A DNA stretch of 49,819 nt, from NCBI GenBank assembly GCA_937889395.1, contig CALAOW010000107.1:1-49819 (forward strand), in the 5' to 3' direction. Source of the stretch: an uncultured Pseudomonadota bacterium. GTDB lineage: Bacteria; Desulfobacterota; Binatia; Binatales; Binataceae. This document shows, in pieces, positions 22,827 through 33,596 of this stretch (within the stretch, counting starts at the first letter, position 1; each line of letters starts with the position of its first letter). Made by a program: the position numbers and the translations under genes. The notes beneath the pieces are model-generated. The model searched no databases. It had not been told where the DNA came from and was given only the letters and a program-made list of their open reading frames with translations.

Positions 22827-23792
22827 TCAGCGCCGATGCATCGCGCGGGCCGCGGGTTCATTTTCACGATCCCGGGCAAGCGCAAGCTCGGCGGCGATGC
22901 GATCGATGAGTTCGATTCCCGACAGACCGCCATGCTCGGCGATCTCGAGCACCGGACCCGCTGTCTCGGCCCGGATTTTTGCGATCGCCTTGCGCGCGTC
23001 CGACACGCGATTCAAATCCGACTTGGCCAGCTCGGCGAGATGCTCGAGGTCTTTCTTTCGCAAATGGGGTCCACGGCGGTTCGTCAGCGCCGATATGTCA
23101 TCGGCGTCGAACCCGGATCGCGGCGTTCGATTGAAAAGCACGGCCGCCGGGGCGAGATGAATGCGGCTCAAACTGGCGTGAGTCTCGATAGTCTCCGATA
23201 TAGAAAGACTGTCCGCGGTCGTGACCTGGATGATTGCGCTACTGCGCCGCTCACGCATCATCCGCGAAATGTTGCCGGCTTCCTTGCCGACCACGCTGTC
23301 GCCGAATGTCGAGCGCGCGGCAGTCGGCATCTTGAGCAGGCTCATCGCCTGGCCGCTGGCGGGCGCATCGACGATTATAATGCGGCGGCCGGGCAGCTTG
23401 GCGTCGGTCCGCGCGGCTTCGTAGTAAACCTTTCCGAGCATCATCAGTTCGCGCAGCCCCGGCGCCGCTTGAACGAAAAATTGATAGAGGCGGCTCGCGA
23501 ACACCGCTTTCAGCAGCATCCGGCCCGGCACCACCAGTCGCAGATATTCCTCGAGCGCGGCGCGTCCGTCGAGCGTCATCAGCGCGAGATTCGGCGCGAC
23601 CTCCGCGGGTACGAACGACGGCGCGACGCCGAAGGTCGCGGCCAGCGGCGCCCGCGCGTCGCATTCCATAATCAGTGCGCGCGCGCCCGACATCGCCGCG
23701 AGCTTTGCAAGCGCGGCGCTCACGGTAGTTTTGCCGACTCCGCCCTTGCCGAGCACGATCAGCACGCGTCGTGCGAGGATTTCGTTTAGCAT
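22827..23792 (-). CDS. ArsA/Get3-like ATPase (Rv3679-like subunit)
   Basis: GKGGVGKTT, AALEEYL, AAPGLRELMMLGK, IVDAPASG. Confidence 0.88.
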   Translation of the reverse strand: MLNEILARRVLIVLGKGGVGKTTVSAALAKLAAMSGARALIMECDARAPLAATFGVAPSFVPAEVAPNLALMTLDGRAALEEYLRLVVPGRMLLKAVFASRLYQFFVQAAPGLRELMMLGKVYYEAARTDAKLPGRRIIIVDAPASGQAMSLLKMPTAARSTFGDSVVGKEAGNISRMMRERRSSAIIQVTTADSLSISETIETHASLSRIHLAPAAVLFNRTPRSGFDADDISALTNRRGPHLRKKDLEHLAELAKSDLNRVSDARKAIAKIRAETAGPVLEIAEHGGLSGIELIDRIAAELALARDRENEPAARAMHRR

Positions 23793-23818
23793 TTGAGGAA
23801 AGCGGAACCAGCCAGAAG

Positions 23819-24796
23819 TTACCAGCGGATCAGATTCGCTCCCCAGGTGAGGCCGCCGCCGCATGCGTTCAGCATCACGATATTGCCGTCGTGAATTCGG
23901 CCCTGCTCGAGAGCCTCGTCGAGCGCGATTGGCACGGACGCCGCGGAGGTGTTGCCGTAACGATCGATGTTGGTGAAAACTTTTTCCGGCGGCAGCCCGA
24001 GCCGCTCGGCGACTACGGAAATAATTCGCAGGTTCGCCTGATGCGGCACGAACAGGTCGATTTCTTCGAGCTTGACGCCCGCGCGCTCGGCCACCAGCCG
24101 GCTGATTTCTTCCATGCGCTTGACGGCTATTTTGAAAAGCTCGGGGCCTTTCATCTGAATCGCGTCATCGGCGCATCGCCGCACTTCAGAATCAATCGTG
24201 CTGCGGGTTCCGGTCGCGCGGACCGAGAGCAAATTCCAATACTCGCCCGCGGAGCGCAGCAGGCTCGACAGCACTCCGCGATTTCCCGGCTCGGTGACCA
24301 TCACGCACGCGCCCGCGCCGTCGCCAAACAGCACCGCGGTCCGGCGATCGCTCCAATCCACCATCGTCGAGAGCGCGTCGGCCCCGACCACCAGTACGCG
24401 CTTGAAGTCGCCGGCGCGCATCTGTGCGTCTGCGACTTGCAGCGCATACACGAAGCCCGAGCAGGCGGCGGCGACGTCGAAGGCCGGCATCGACGAGATG
24501 CTTAAGCCCTTCTGAATCTGGCACGCCAGCGACGGAAACGCGTACTCCGAGGAAACCGTGCCGACTATGATCGCGTCGAGCGCGCCCGGCTTGATTCCCG
24601 CCCGCTCGAGCGCCGTGCGGCTGGCGGCGGTCGCGATATCCGCTATCGACTCGCCCTGGCGCATCGCGTAGCGGCTGCCGATTCCGGTGCGCGACCGTAT
24701 CCATTGGTCGGACGTGTCCATGTACCGCTCGAGATCCTTGTTGGTCAGCGCGGTGCGCGGGACGGCCCGTCCGGTGGCGATAATTCTTGAACCCAT
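23819..24796 (-). CDS. fabH: 3-oxoacyl-ACP synthase III
   Basis: DVAAACSGF, LFGDGAGA, VPHQANLRI, GNTSAASVP. Confidence 0.95.
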   Translation of the reverse strand: MGSRIIATGRAVPRTALTNKDLERYMDTSDQWIRSRTGIGSRYAMRQGESIADIATAASRTALERAGIKPGALDAIIVGTVSSEYAFPSLACQIQKGLSISSMPAFDVAAACSGFVYALQVADAQMRAGDFKRVLVVGADALSTMVDWSDRRTAVLFGDGAGACVMVTEPGNRGVLSSLLRSAGEYWNLLSVRATGTRSTIDSEVRRCADDAIQMKGPELFKIAVKRMEEISRLVAERAGVKLEEIDLFVPHQANLRIISVVAERLGLPPEKVFTNIDRYGNTSAASVPIALDEALEQGRIHDGNIVMLNACGGGLTWGANLIRW

Positions 24797-24806
24797 GATG
24801 AACCGG

Positions 24807-26063
24807 TCAGCTCTCGCTGGCGGGCCTGAACGCCAGCGTCGTGTTGGTGCCGCCGAAGCCGAATGAATTGTTGAGCGCGATCCGAATTTTGGCGGGGCGC
24901 GCCTTGTTGGGCACGTAATCGAGGTCGCATTCGGGGTCGGGAAATTCCTGGTTGATGGTCGGCGGCATCATCCCGCGCTCGATCGCGAGGACCGTGTACA
25001 CCGACTCGATTGCGCCGGCCGCGCCCAGCGTGTGCCCGGTCATCGACTTGGTCGAGCTAATCGCAACTTTCGCGGCTCGCTCGCCGAAGACGCACTTTAC
25101 CGCTTGAGTCTCGGCGATATCGCCTTGCTCGGTCGAGGTGCCATGCGCGTTGATATAATCGACCTGGTTGGGATCGAGGTCGCTGTCTTCGAGGCACATC
25201 CGCATGCACTTGGCCGCGCCGCGTCCCTCGGGCGCCGGAGAGGTGATATGGTAGGCGTCGCTGTTGGCGGCGTAACCGCAGACTTCAGCTATGATCCTGG
25301 CGCCGCGCGCGATGGCGGCCTCGCGTTCCTCGAGGATCAGCGCCGCCGATCCCTCCGCCATCACGAATCCGTCGCGCTCCTTGTCGAATGGACGGCTGGC
25401 CTTCTCCGGCTCTTCGTTGTGGGTCGAAAGCGCGCGCATCGCGGCGAATCCGCCCACCCCCAGCGAGGTGACTGCCGCCTCCGAGCCGCCCGTGATCGCG
25501 GCGTCCAGGTAGCCGAGCTTGATCATCCGGTACGCCTCGCCGATCGCATGGCTGCCCGACGCGCACGCGCTGGTAGTCGTAAAGTTGACGCCGCGCGCTC
25601 CGTAGCGAATTGAGATTTGGCCCGGCGCAAGGTTGCCGATCAGCTTGGGGATGAAGAACGGAGTGATGTGACGCAGGCCGGTCTCCATGAAGACCCTGTG
25701 GTACTCCTCGATCGTGCACAGGCCGCCGATGCCGACGCCGATCAACACGCCGACCTGGTCGGCGTTGTCTTCGGTGATCTTGAACCCGGACTGGCGCATC
25801 GCCTGCTCGGTCGACGCGACTGCATACTGGATGAAGGGGTCCATTTTTTTGACGTCGCGCTTTTCGATCCAGTCTTCCGGATTAAAATCCTTCACCTCGC
25901 CTGCTATCCGGACGGGAAATCCCGAGGTGTCAAAGCGCGTAATCAGGCCAATACCGGACCGCCCCGCCATCAGGGCTTCCCAGTTCTTGTCCACTCCAAC
26001 TCCGAGCGGAGTCACCAGTCCTACTCCGGTGACCACCACGCGGCGCTCAAGCATTGGTCTCAT
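24807..26063 (-). CDS. fabF: 3-oxoacyl-ACP synthase II (start 26054-26075)
   Basis: RRVVVTG, SACASG, INAHGTST, KSMTGHTLGAAG, NSFGFGGTN. Confidence 0.96.
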   Translation of the reverse strand: MRPMLERRVVVTGVGLVTPLGVGVDKNWEALMAGRSGIGLITRFDTSGFPVRIAGEVKDFNPEDWIEKRDVKKMDPFIQYAVASTEQAMRQSGFKITEDNADQVGVLIGVGIGGLCTIEEYHRVFMETGLRHITPFFIPKLIGNLAPGQISIRYGARGVNFTTTSACASGSHAIGEAYRMIKLGYLDAAITGGSEAAVTSLGVGGFAAMRALSTHNEEPEKASRPFDKERDGFVMAEGSAALILEEREAAIARGARIIAEVCGYAANSDAYHITSPAPEGRGAAKCMRMCLEDSDLDPNQVDYINAHGTSTEQGDIAETQAVKCVFGERAAKVAISSTKSMTGHTLGAAGAIESVYTVLAIERGMMPPTINQEFPDPECDLDYVPNKARPAKIRIALNNSFGFGGTNTTLAFRPASES

Positions 26064-26222
26064 CAGGCCCCTCATCCTCCATCGAGTTCGCGGCCTAATA
26101 ATCTACCAGAAGACAGCGCGGGTCGAGAATCCGGGGTCGCGGGCAGTGTATCAGTGTGAAGTTCCGGCCAGATGAAACGCGCCAGCCGTTCGGGCGCGAC
26201 AGCGGCAGGATTGCGCTCCATG

Positions 26223-26360
26223 TTATGGTCCAAAGGTCAATTCATAAGCGAAATATCCCTGGAGTTGATTCGACCCTTCGATAGCGGGACCAGCGGAGAG
26301 AACGATGTGTTGAGTGTCGCTAAGGTCCCAGATCAATCCGAGATTGATACCCGTTTCACG
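26223..26360 (-). pseudogene. Orphan C-terminal fragment of a probable outer-membrane beta-barrel protein
   Basis: GINLGLIWDLSDTQHIVLSAGPAIEGSNQLQGYFAYELTFGP*: amphipathic strands ending in a Y-x-x-x-F-type terminus; no usable start because the upstream frame runs into PadR. Confidence 0.4.
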
Positions 26361-26403
26361 TGAACCGCCGGCGGCAGGCTCTTGTGGCGGCAGCAGAGAG
26401 TCC

Positions 26404-26712
26404 TCACTCATCTTCGAACAGTTCGGCGAACAACTCGCGGACTCTGCGCTTCGCCTCCCGCAACGCTTGGCGGCCCTTTGAAGTTGCTTTGTAGAGACGG
26501 CGGGCATGCCGACCGTTCCTTTTCTCGAAGGAGCGCAGATAGCCTTCGCGTTCCAATCCATGCAGCAGGGGATATAGGGTCCCAGCGCTCAGCCGGTAAC
26601 CATGGCATCCCAGCTCCTCGATAATCCCCAACCCGAAGATCGGCTCTTTCGACGCATGGTGAAGGATGTGCAACCGGATCAGACCCGAATAGATTGCCTT
26701 GGATGCCGCCAT
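26404..26712 (-). CDS. PadR-family transcriptional regulator
   Basis: LHILHHA...GLGIIEEL...SAGTLYPLLHGLEREGYL...RRLYKATSKG. Confidence 0.93.
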   Translation of the reverse strand: MAASKAIYSGLIRLHILHHASKEPIFGLGIIEELGCHGYRLSAGTLYPLLHGLEREGYLRSFEKRNGRHARRLYKATSKGRQALREAKRRVRELFAELFEDE

Positions 26713-26870
26713 GTATTATCGTCTTTCGATATCGAGTTAGGATAACAATGTCAAGCCGAGAGCGCAAGTCCGACGCGCCGGCCTTTCCAAACTGTTGGTG
26801 CTCTCCGCCGCCGCACAGGGGTTTGTCGCACGAATAGCTGAAGTAGGTGTAACCGGTATCTGGAGTAACC

Positions 26871-27317
26871 ATGAACAAGTTTTTGGTTTCCACCTGGAAT
26901 GTCGGGAGTGTGATTTTCATTCGACTGGCTGTGGGGCTAATCTTCTTGACGCAGGGCATCCTCAAATACATCGACCCTCACATGGGTGTTCTTCGGTTTA
27001 CCAAAGTCGGATTTCCGTACCCCGGATACACGGCGCATTTTGTAGGAACCTTCGAGATTGCTTGCGGCCTGCTTGTCTTGTTCGGTCTGTTCACGAGCGT
27101 CGCCAGCATTCCACTCCTCATCGTAATCCTGACGGCGATCGCGACGACCAAGATCCCGGAACTGTGCCAGCCCGGCCAGGGCTTTTGGTTCATGGTAAGC
27201 GACGCACGGACGGACTTTGCGATGACGATGAGCTTGCTTTTCCTCATCAGCGTCGGCGCCGGGTCATGGTCTCTCGACGCGTGGCTGCGGAAAGAAACCC
27301 CGCACGAAGCAGGTTAA
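26871..27317 (+). CDS. DoxX-family membrane protein
   Basis: IRLAVGLIFLTQGILK, GTFEIACGLLVLFG, GAGSWSLD; GGAG before the ATG. Confidence 0.9.
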   Translation: MNKFLVSTWNVGSVIFIRLAVGLIFLTQGILKYIDPHMGVLRFTKVGFPYPGYTAHFVGTFEIACGLLVLFGLFTSVASIPLLIVILTAIATTKIPELCQPGQGFWFMVSDARTDFAMTMSLLFLISVGAGSWSLDAWLRKETPHEAG

Positions 27318-27591
27318 CTAACAAATTACGGTCGAGCAGACCTGTAAAACAGGAGCTCCCAAGACGCAGTTTCGCTCGAGCTCCTTGAGCGGCCTTTGCT
27401 GACGAACCAGCCGACTATGCGGCGGCCTCACTGCCCCAAGCACTCCAGCCTTGACGTCGCCCGCGGGCGAATAGTTCAAGCTCGGGCGGCGGCCGTGGTC
27501 GAGAATCCGCGATCGCGCTAGCCGCACGCGATTGCGTTCGTCGGACACGCCGGCCTTGCATCCAAACTTGAACCGATGAAACAATCCAGCG

Positions 27592-27960
27592 GTGCCGCTC
27601 AGCAATCCCGCAGACGATCCGTTCGTAAAACTCGCACAAAATCTCGGCGAACTCGAGATTGTGATCGGCGAGCGCGCCCGGCCTGCGATTGCCGGCGTGC
27701 GCGAGGGCCTGCGCGACGCGCTCGCATGCCGCGCGCGTGGCGATATGCCCGGGTCGATTGCCGCGATTCGTATCGCGATGGAACGGCTGGCTAATCTCGG
27801 CAGCACGCTCGATCCGGAAGAGGGCGCGATGATGCGGGTTATCGCGGAACGATTCACCGCCGCGCTCGGCGCCGGCCACAAGGGTGACGCGAAAGCCGTC
27901 GTGGACGTGATGCGCCGCAAAGCTGGCGACACCAAGGACGACGACAAAAAAGATTGGTGA
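27592..27960 (+). CDS. Hypothetical all-helical protein
   Basis: Host-like codon usage and protein-like composition; no family recognised. Confidence 0.65.
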   Translation: MPLSNPADDPFVKLAQNLGELEIVIGERARPAIAGVREGLRDALACRARGDMPGSIAAIRIAMERLANLGSTLDPEEGAMMRVIAERFTAALGAGHKGDAKAVVDVMRRKAGDTKDDDKKDW

Positions 27961-28107
27961 CTGCGGCCTCGGAATTGGCGTCCGCATGCGTTCCGCAGGC
28001 GGATTTGACAACATCCTCCACTAAAGTGAAAAAGTAAAAAAGTGAAAAAGGGAAAAACAAAGCCGGCGGATTCGATCACCGCCCCAAAACCACGCGGCGG
28101 TGACATC

Positions 28108-30138
28108 TTGGCGACTGCAGCGGATATCAAAGTGAACCGGTCCGGCCTGGACCAAACCTGCATCAACGCGATTCGCGTGCTGACGATCGACGCGGTCCAG
28201 AAGGCCAACTCGGGGCACTGCGGATTGCCGATGGCAATGGCGCCGGTCGCCTATCTGCTCTACACGCGGTTCATGCGCCACAACCCGAAAAATCCAGAGT
28301 GGTTCGGGCGCGATCGTTTTGTGCTGTCGGCCGGCCACGGCTCGATGCTCCTCTACAGCCTGCTCTATCTCACCGGCTACGACCTTTCGCTCGACGACAT
28401 CAAGCAATTTCGCCAGCTCGGAAGCAAAACACCCGGACATCCCGAGTACGGCGTGATCGAAGGCATCGAGACGACCACCGGCCCGCTCGGCCAGGGCTTC
28501 GGCAACGCGGTCGGGATGGCGATGGCGGCGAAGCATCTCGAAGCACGCTTCGAGCGCGACAAATCGGGGCTGTTCGATCATCGCATCTTCGGCATTTGCA
28601 GCGATGGCGACTTGATGGAAGGTGTCGCCAGCGAGGCGGCGTCGATCGCGGGTCATCTCGGGCTGGGCAACATCGTCTATATCTACGACGACAACCACGT
28701 GACCATCGACGGCCACACCGAGCTCACCTTTGACGAGGACGTGTGCAAACGATTCGACGCTTACAAATGGCATACGCAGGTCGTCGAGGATGCGAACGAT
28801 CTCGCGGCGCTGTCCAAAGCGATCGAAAATGCAATCAAGGAGACGAGCCGGCCGTCGCTGATTCGAGTCCGCTCGATCATCGGCTACGGCAGCCCGCACA
28901 AGCAGGGGACCTCGGCCGCCCACAGCAATCCGCTCGGCGTCGAAGAGGTGAAGCTGACCAAGGAATTCTACGGATATCCGACCGAGCCGCCATTCTTCGT
29001 TGCCGACGATGCGCTGGCGCATTTCCGCGAATGCGTCGAGCGCGGCGAGGACCTCGAGAGGGCGTGGAACGCGAAGTTCGAGGCCTACTCCAAAAAAGAT
29101 CCCGCCGCTGAGGCCGAATTCCAGGCGGCGCTGGCCAACGATCTGCCGATAGGATGGGACGCCGAGCTGCCGGTCTTCACGCCCAAGGACAGCCTCGCAA
29201 CCCGAGTGTCAGCCTCGCAGGCCGCGGCGGCGATCGGGAAAAAAGTCTGGAACCTGTTCGGCGGCTCCGCTGACTTGAGCGAGTCCACCTTCACGGACGT
29301 CAAGGACGGCGGCGATTTCGAGCGCGGGCATTTCGAAGGACGCAATCCGCATTTCGGAATCCGCGAGCACGGCATGTGCGCCATCCTCAACGGCCTCGCG
29401 CTGCACGGCGGTTTCATCCCCTACGGCTCGAGCTTCCTGTGCTTTACCGACTACGCACGGCCGTCGATTCGGCTGGCGGCGATGATGGAACTCCAGGTGG
29501 TGTTCGTCTTCACCCATGATTCAATCGGCGTGGGCGAGGACGGCCCGACTCACGAACCAATCGAGCATCTGTCGTCGCTGCGCGCGATTCCGCATCTGAC
29601 CGTGATTCGCCCCGGCGATGCGAACGAGGCGGTCGAGGCCTGGCGCACCGCCATGACTCACACGCATGGCCCGGTTCTGCTCGCGCTCTCGCGCCAGAAG
29701 GTTCCGACGCTCGATCGCACCAAGATGGCGCCCGCCAGCGGCGCCCGGCGCGGCGCCTACGTGCTAACCGAAAGCGCCGGACGGCCCCCGGAGATCATTC
29801 TGATTGGGTCGGGATCGGAACTGTCGCTGGTCGTCGATGCGAAAGCGAAACTCGAAGAGAAGGGCAAGTCGGTCCGGGTCGTAAGCATGCCCAGCGAGAA
29901 TATTTTCGAGAAGCAGGACCAGGCCTATCGCGACTCGGTCCTGCCGCCGAGCATTCGACGCCGGCTCGCGGTCGAAGCGGGCGCGCCGATGTCATGGTAC
30001 CGATGGGTCGGGCTCGACGGCGACATTATCGGGATGACGACTTACGGCGCGTCGGGCAAGTACGAAGAAGTGATGAAGCATTTCGGCTTCACCGTGGACA
30101 ACGTCGTCGCGCGCGCGCTGAAATTGCTCGCGCGCTAG
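28108..30138 (+). CDS. tkt: Transketolase (start 28042-28132)
   Basis: [54 protein letters not shown]. Confidence 0.97.
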   Translation: MATAADIKVNRSGLDQTCINAIRVLTIDAVQKANSGHCGLPMAMAPVAYLLYTRFMRHNPKNPEWFGRDRFVLSAGHGSMLLYSLLYLTGYDLSLDDIKQFRQLGSKTPGHPEYGVIEGIETTTGPLGQGFGNAVGMAMAAKHLEARFERDKSGLFDHRIFGICSDGDLMEGVASEAASIAGHLGLGNIVYIYDDNHVTIDGHTELTFDEDVCKRFDAYKWHTQVVEDANDLAALSKAIENAIKETSRPSLIRVRSIIGYGSPHKQGTSAAHSNPLGVEEVKLTKEFYGYPTEPPFFVADDALAHFRECVERGEDLERAWNAKFEAYSKKDPAAEAEFQAALANDLPIGWDAELPVFTPKDSLATRVSASQAAAAIGKKVWNLFGGSADLSESTFTDVKDGGDFERGHFEGRNPHFGIREHGMCAILNGLALHGGFIPYGSSFLCFTDYARPSIRLAAMMELQVVFVFTHDSIGVGEDGPTHEPIEHLSSLRAIPHLTVIRPGDANEAVEAWRTAMTHTHGPVLLALSRQKVPTLDRTKMAPASGARRGAYVLTESAGRPPEIILIGSGSELSLVVDAKAKLEEKGKSVRVVSMPSENIFEKQDQAYRDSVLPPSIRRRLAVEAGAPMSWYRWVGLDGDIIGMTTYGASGKYEEVMKHFGFTVDNVVARALKLLAR

Positions 30139-30220
30139 CGGGCAAAACAGAACGATCTGGCGCGGACCGGGCGTCATCGGCTAACTTTGCGATCTCGACT
30201 CCATTGCCGGACGGACTGGT

Positions 30221-30964
30221 ATGCCTCAACCGAAATTGATCATTCTGAACGACGCGCAGGAACTCTACGTCCGTGCCGCCGAAGAAACGGCGCATATCAC
30301 TGGCGAGGCGATCTGCACTCACGGCGAGTTCACGCTCTGTCTCTCGGGCGGTTCGACGCCCGCCGCCACCTACGATTTGCTTGCGACGCGGTTTCGTCTG
30401 AGCGTCGATTGGAAGGAAGTGCAATTTTTCTGGGGCGACGAACGATGCGTCCCGCCCGATCACGCCGAGAGCAATTACGCGATGGCGAATCGCATGATGC
30501 TGAGCAAGCTCGCGCTCCGGCCGGATCAGGTGCATCGGATGCGCGGCGAAGACCCGCCAGCGTCGGCGGCTGCCGCTTACGAAGATGAATTGCGAAAACG
30601 GTTCGGCCTTGGCGACGGTGAATTCCCGCGCTTCGACCTCGTGATGCTGGGGCTTGGCGACAATCGCCATACTGCATCGCTGTTTCCGGGCGATCCTGCG
30701 ATTCACGAAACGCAGCGCCTGGTGGTCGCCGTGGAGGTTGACGCCGAGCCGCGGCGTCGCCTCACGATCACGCCGCCGGTAATCAACAATGCGCAGCGCG
30801 TGATGTTCCTGGCGGCGGGGCAGAGTAAGGCGGCGGCGGTGAAAGATGTCCTGGAAGGATCGCGCGACCCGGACAAGTTCCCCGCGCAGATCGTTGCGCC
30901 GCATGACGGCGAGGTCATTTGGCTTCTCGACAAAGCCGCCGCCAGTCTGCTTTCGCCGCGCTGA
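30221..30964 (+). CDS. pgl: 6-phosphogluconolactonase
   Basis: LSGGSTP, FWGDERCVPPDHAESNY, FDLVMLGLG..HTASLFP. Confidence 0.95.
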   Translation: MPQPKLIILNDAQELYVRAAEETAHITGEAICTHGEFTLCLSGGSTPAATYDLLATRFRLSVDWKEVQFFWGDERCVPPDHAESNYAMANRMMLSKLALRPDQVHRMRGEDPPASAAAAYEDELRKRFGLGDGEFPRFDLVMLGLGDNRHTASLFPGDPAIHETQRLVVAVEVDAEPRRRLTITPPVINNAQRVMFLAAGQSKAAAVKDVLEGSRDPDKFPAQIVAPHDGEVIWLLDKAAASLLSPR

Positions 30965-31007
30965 ATCAGGCAGGCCGCGTGCCGGGCGGTGTCAAAGGAT
31001 ACTAGCG

Positions 31008-31556
31008 ATGTTTCGATTCGTATTGCGCCACTTCACCGCGGTTCTCATCGTTGCCGCAGTCGCCGGCTGGGCGCTGTTTTACCTGCCGCGGACTCCGAGC
31101 TGGGCCGTGCTCCGGATGAAGCAGGCCATAGACGCGCGCGACGGCGACGGCGCTTCCCGATACGTCGATTTTGAAAGTGTCGTGAAGCACGCGGGCTACG
31201 AGATGGTGCGCAAGCAGGGCGGAAGCGACCCGCTCAGCGCGATGGTCGGCAACGCAGCGATCGATCTTCTTGCCAAGCCGATGGCGCAGATAACGCGGGC
31301 GTGGGCGGTCAAGAAAGTCGATGACGGTGCGCGCGAGGTGCAGATGCCCGGCGCGGCCGTGGCGGCCTCGATCGTGCTCTTGCATCGAAACGGCGACACC
31401 GCGTTCACGGACTTCAAGGACAACAAGGGGCAGGAGTGGGAAATCCACCTGACGCGCGGTGAGGACGGCGATTGGCGCGTTACCGAAATCAAAAACATCG
31501 AGCAACTGCTCCAAAAGCTCCAGCGCGACCAACCAAAGCATCTCGACGCGCCTTAG
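31008..31556 (+). CDS. DUF2939-like membrane-anchored protein
   Basis: N-terminal TM, then P.W...MKQAIDARD...YVDFESV and a WRVTEI terminus. Confidence 0.7.
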   Translation: MFRFVLRHFTAVLIVAAVAGWALFYLPRTPSWAVLRMKQAIDARDGDGASRYVDFESVVKHAGYEMVRKQGGSDPLSAMVGNAAIDLLAKPMAQITRAWAVKKVDDGAREVQMPGAAVAASIVLLHRNGDTAFTDFKDNKGQEWEIHLTRGEDGDWRVTEIKNIEQLLQKLQRDQPKHLDAP

Positions 31557-31688
31557 CGCGCGCGTTACGGGAATGTTTCGCCGGTCCTCCGCGCGCCTGC
31601 GTTTACTCTGCTCTCAGCGACAGGTACAATAGAGCTCACGCGCGGGCGAACCTATGAGGCTCGGCCGCGCTTTAGCATCCGGCGCAAA

Positions 31689-33536
31689 ATGAGACGTCCA
31701 GACATAAGAAATTTAGCAATCGTCGCCCATGTCGATCACGGTAAAACCACTTTGGTCGATGCGATGCTGCGGCAGTCGGGCGTTTTCCGCGCCAACGAGC
31801 AGGTGATCGATCGCGTGATGGATTCCAACGCGCTCGAGCGCGAACGCGGCATCACGATCATGGCCAAGAACACCTCGATCCTGTGGGGTGGAACGCGCAT
31901 CAACATCGTCGATACTCCGGGCCACTCGGATTTCGGCGGCGAGGTCGAGCGCACTCTGTCGATGGTGGACGGCGTGTTGCTGCTGGTCGATGCGTGCGAG
32001 GGGCCGCTGCCGCAGACGCGGTTCGTGCTCAAGAAGGCGCTCGAGTCGAACCTGCCCGCGATAGTCTGCATCAATAAGATCGATCGCGCCGACGCGCGCG
32101 CACCCGAGGTTCTCGACGAGGTTTACGATCTGTTCATCGACCTCGGCGCGAACGAAAGCCAGCTCGATTTCCCGGTGCTCTATACGCAGGCGCGCGCCGG
32201 CACCGCATCGCTCAGGCTCGACGTTCCCAGCGAAAACCTGGTCCCGCTGTTCGACGCGATCGTCGCGCACCTGCCCGGCCCCGAAGTCGATCCCGAAGCG
32301 ACGCTGCAATTCCAGGTCAATAATATCGACTACGACGATTACGTCGGCCGCCTCGCGGTCGGCAGAATCATCGCCGGCTCGATGACGGCGTCGCAGAACT
32401 ATTCGCTGTGCCGGCGCGACGGCAAGACTGTGGTCTGCAAGGTCGCCCATATCTACGGATGGCAGGGACTCACGCGCGTCGAGCGCGAAACCGCCCGCGC
32501 GGGCGAGATAGTGATCGTGGCGGGCATCGAGGACATCGCGATCGGTGAAACGATCGCCGACCTCGAGAACCCGCGTCCGCTGCCGCCGATTCGCATCGAC
32601 GAGCCGACCGTGGCGATGACTTTCTCGGTGAACAATTCGCCATGGGCGGGCCGCGAAGGAGATTTTGTCACCTCGCGGAAGCTGGGCGAACGAATCGAAT
32701 TCGAAGCGCGGCGCAATGTGAGCACTCGCGTCGAGCAACTGACGCCGGAGGCCTGGCGCGTGATGGGCCGCGGCGAATTGCAGCTCGCGGTGATTGTCGA
32801 GACCATGCGCCGCGAAGGCTACGAGATGCAGGTCTCGAAGCCCACCGTCATCACCAAGCAGGCCGGCGGCGAGATACTCGAGCCGATGGAGATGCTCGTG
32901 ATCGACATCCCGTCGGAATACATCGGCGTGGTCACGCAGACGCTCTCGGGGCGCAAGGGCAAGATGCGCACGATGGTCACCCATGCGAGCAACCGGGTGC
33001 GCCTGGAATACGACATCCCCGCGCGTGGCCTGATTGGGTTTCGCGGCCGATTTCTCGAAAGCACCCGCGGCAACGGCCTGATGAATACGTTGTTCAACGG
33101 CTACGCGCCGTGGTCGGGAACGATTCGTTCGCGCGCCAACGGGGCGATGATTTCCGATCGCGAGGGCGCTACCACGGCTTACGCGATCTTCCATTTGCAG
33201 GAGCGCGGGATATTCTTCGTCGGAGCCGGTGAGCCGGTTTACGAAGGGATGATCGTCGGCGAGTATGCCCGTGAGATAAACTTGCCCGTCAACGCATGCC
33301 GTGAAAAAAAACTCAGCAACATGCGCGCGTCGGGCCACGATGAAGCGATTCGGCTTTCGCCGCCACGCATTCCGACGCTGGACACGGCGCTGGAATGGAT
33401 CGACGAGGAAGAGCTGGTCGAGGTCACGCCGAAGTCGGTGCGGCTGCGCAACCGCGTGCTCAAGACGGCGCTCAGGAACAAGCATCGTGCGGGATACATC
33501 GACGCGCCGCCGGCGGAGATGGCCGAAACCAACTGA
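31689..33536 (+). CDS. typA: Translational GTPase TypA/BipA
   Basis: [48 protein letters not shown]. Confidence 0.97.
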   Translation: MRRPDIRNLAIVAHVDHGKTTLVDAMLRQSGVFRANEQVIDRVMDSNALERERGITIMAKNTSILWGGTRINIVDTPGHSDFGGEVERTLSMVDGVLLLVDACEGPLPQTRFVLKKALESNLPAIVCINKIDRADARAPEVLDEVYDLFIDLGANESQLDFPVLYTQARAGTASLRLDVPSENLVPLFDAIVAHLPGPEVDPEATLQFQVNNIDYDDYVGRLAVGRIIAGSMTASQNYSLCRRDGKTVVCKVAHIYGWQGLTRVERETARAGEIVIVAGIEDIAIGETIADLENPRPLPPIRIDEPTVAMTFSVNNSPWAGREGDFVTSRKLGERIEFEARRNVSTRVEQLTPEAWRVMGRGELQLAVIVETMRREGYEMQVSKPTVITKQAGGEILEPMEMLVIDIPSEYIGVVTQTLSGRKGKMRTMVTHASNRVRLEYDIPARGLIGFRGRFLESTRGNGLMNTLFNGYAPWSGTIRSRANGAMISDREGATTAYAIFHLQERGIFFVGAGEPVYEGMIVGEYAREINLPVNACREKKLSNMRASGHDEAIRLSPPRIPTLDTALEWIDEEELVEVTPKSVRLRNRVLKTALRNKHRAGYIDAPPAEMAETN

Positions 33537-33596
33537 CCGCTTCGTGAGCCAGGCGGACGGCGCCACCGCGGACGTGCGGATCGCGTCACGGCAATC

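Noticed and set aside
26352-26367. parS-like CGTTTCACGTGAACCG
   Set aside because: Three mismatches to TGTTTCACGTGAAACA, single copy, no origin markers in the window
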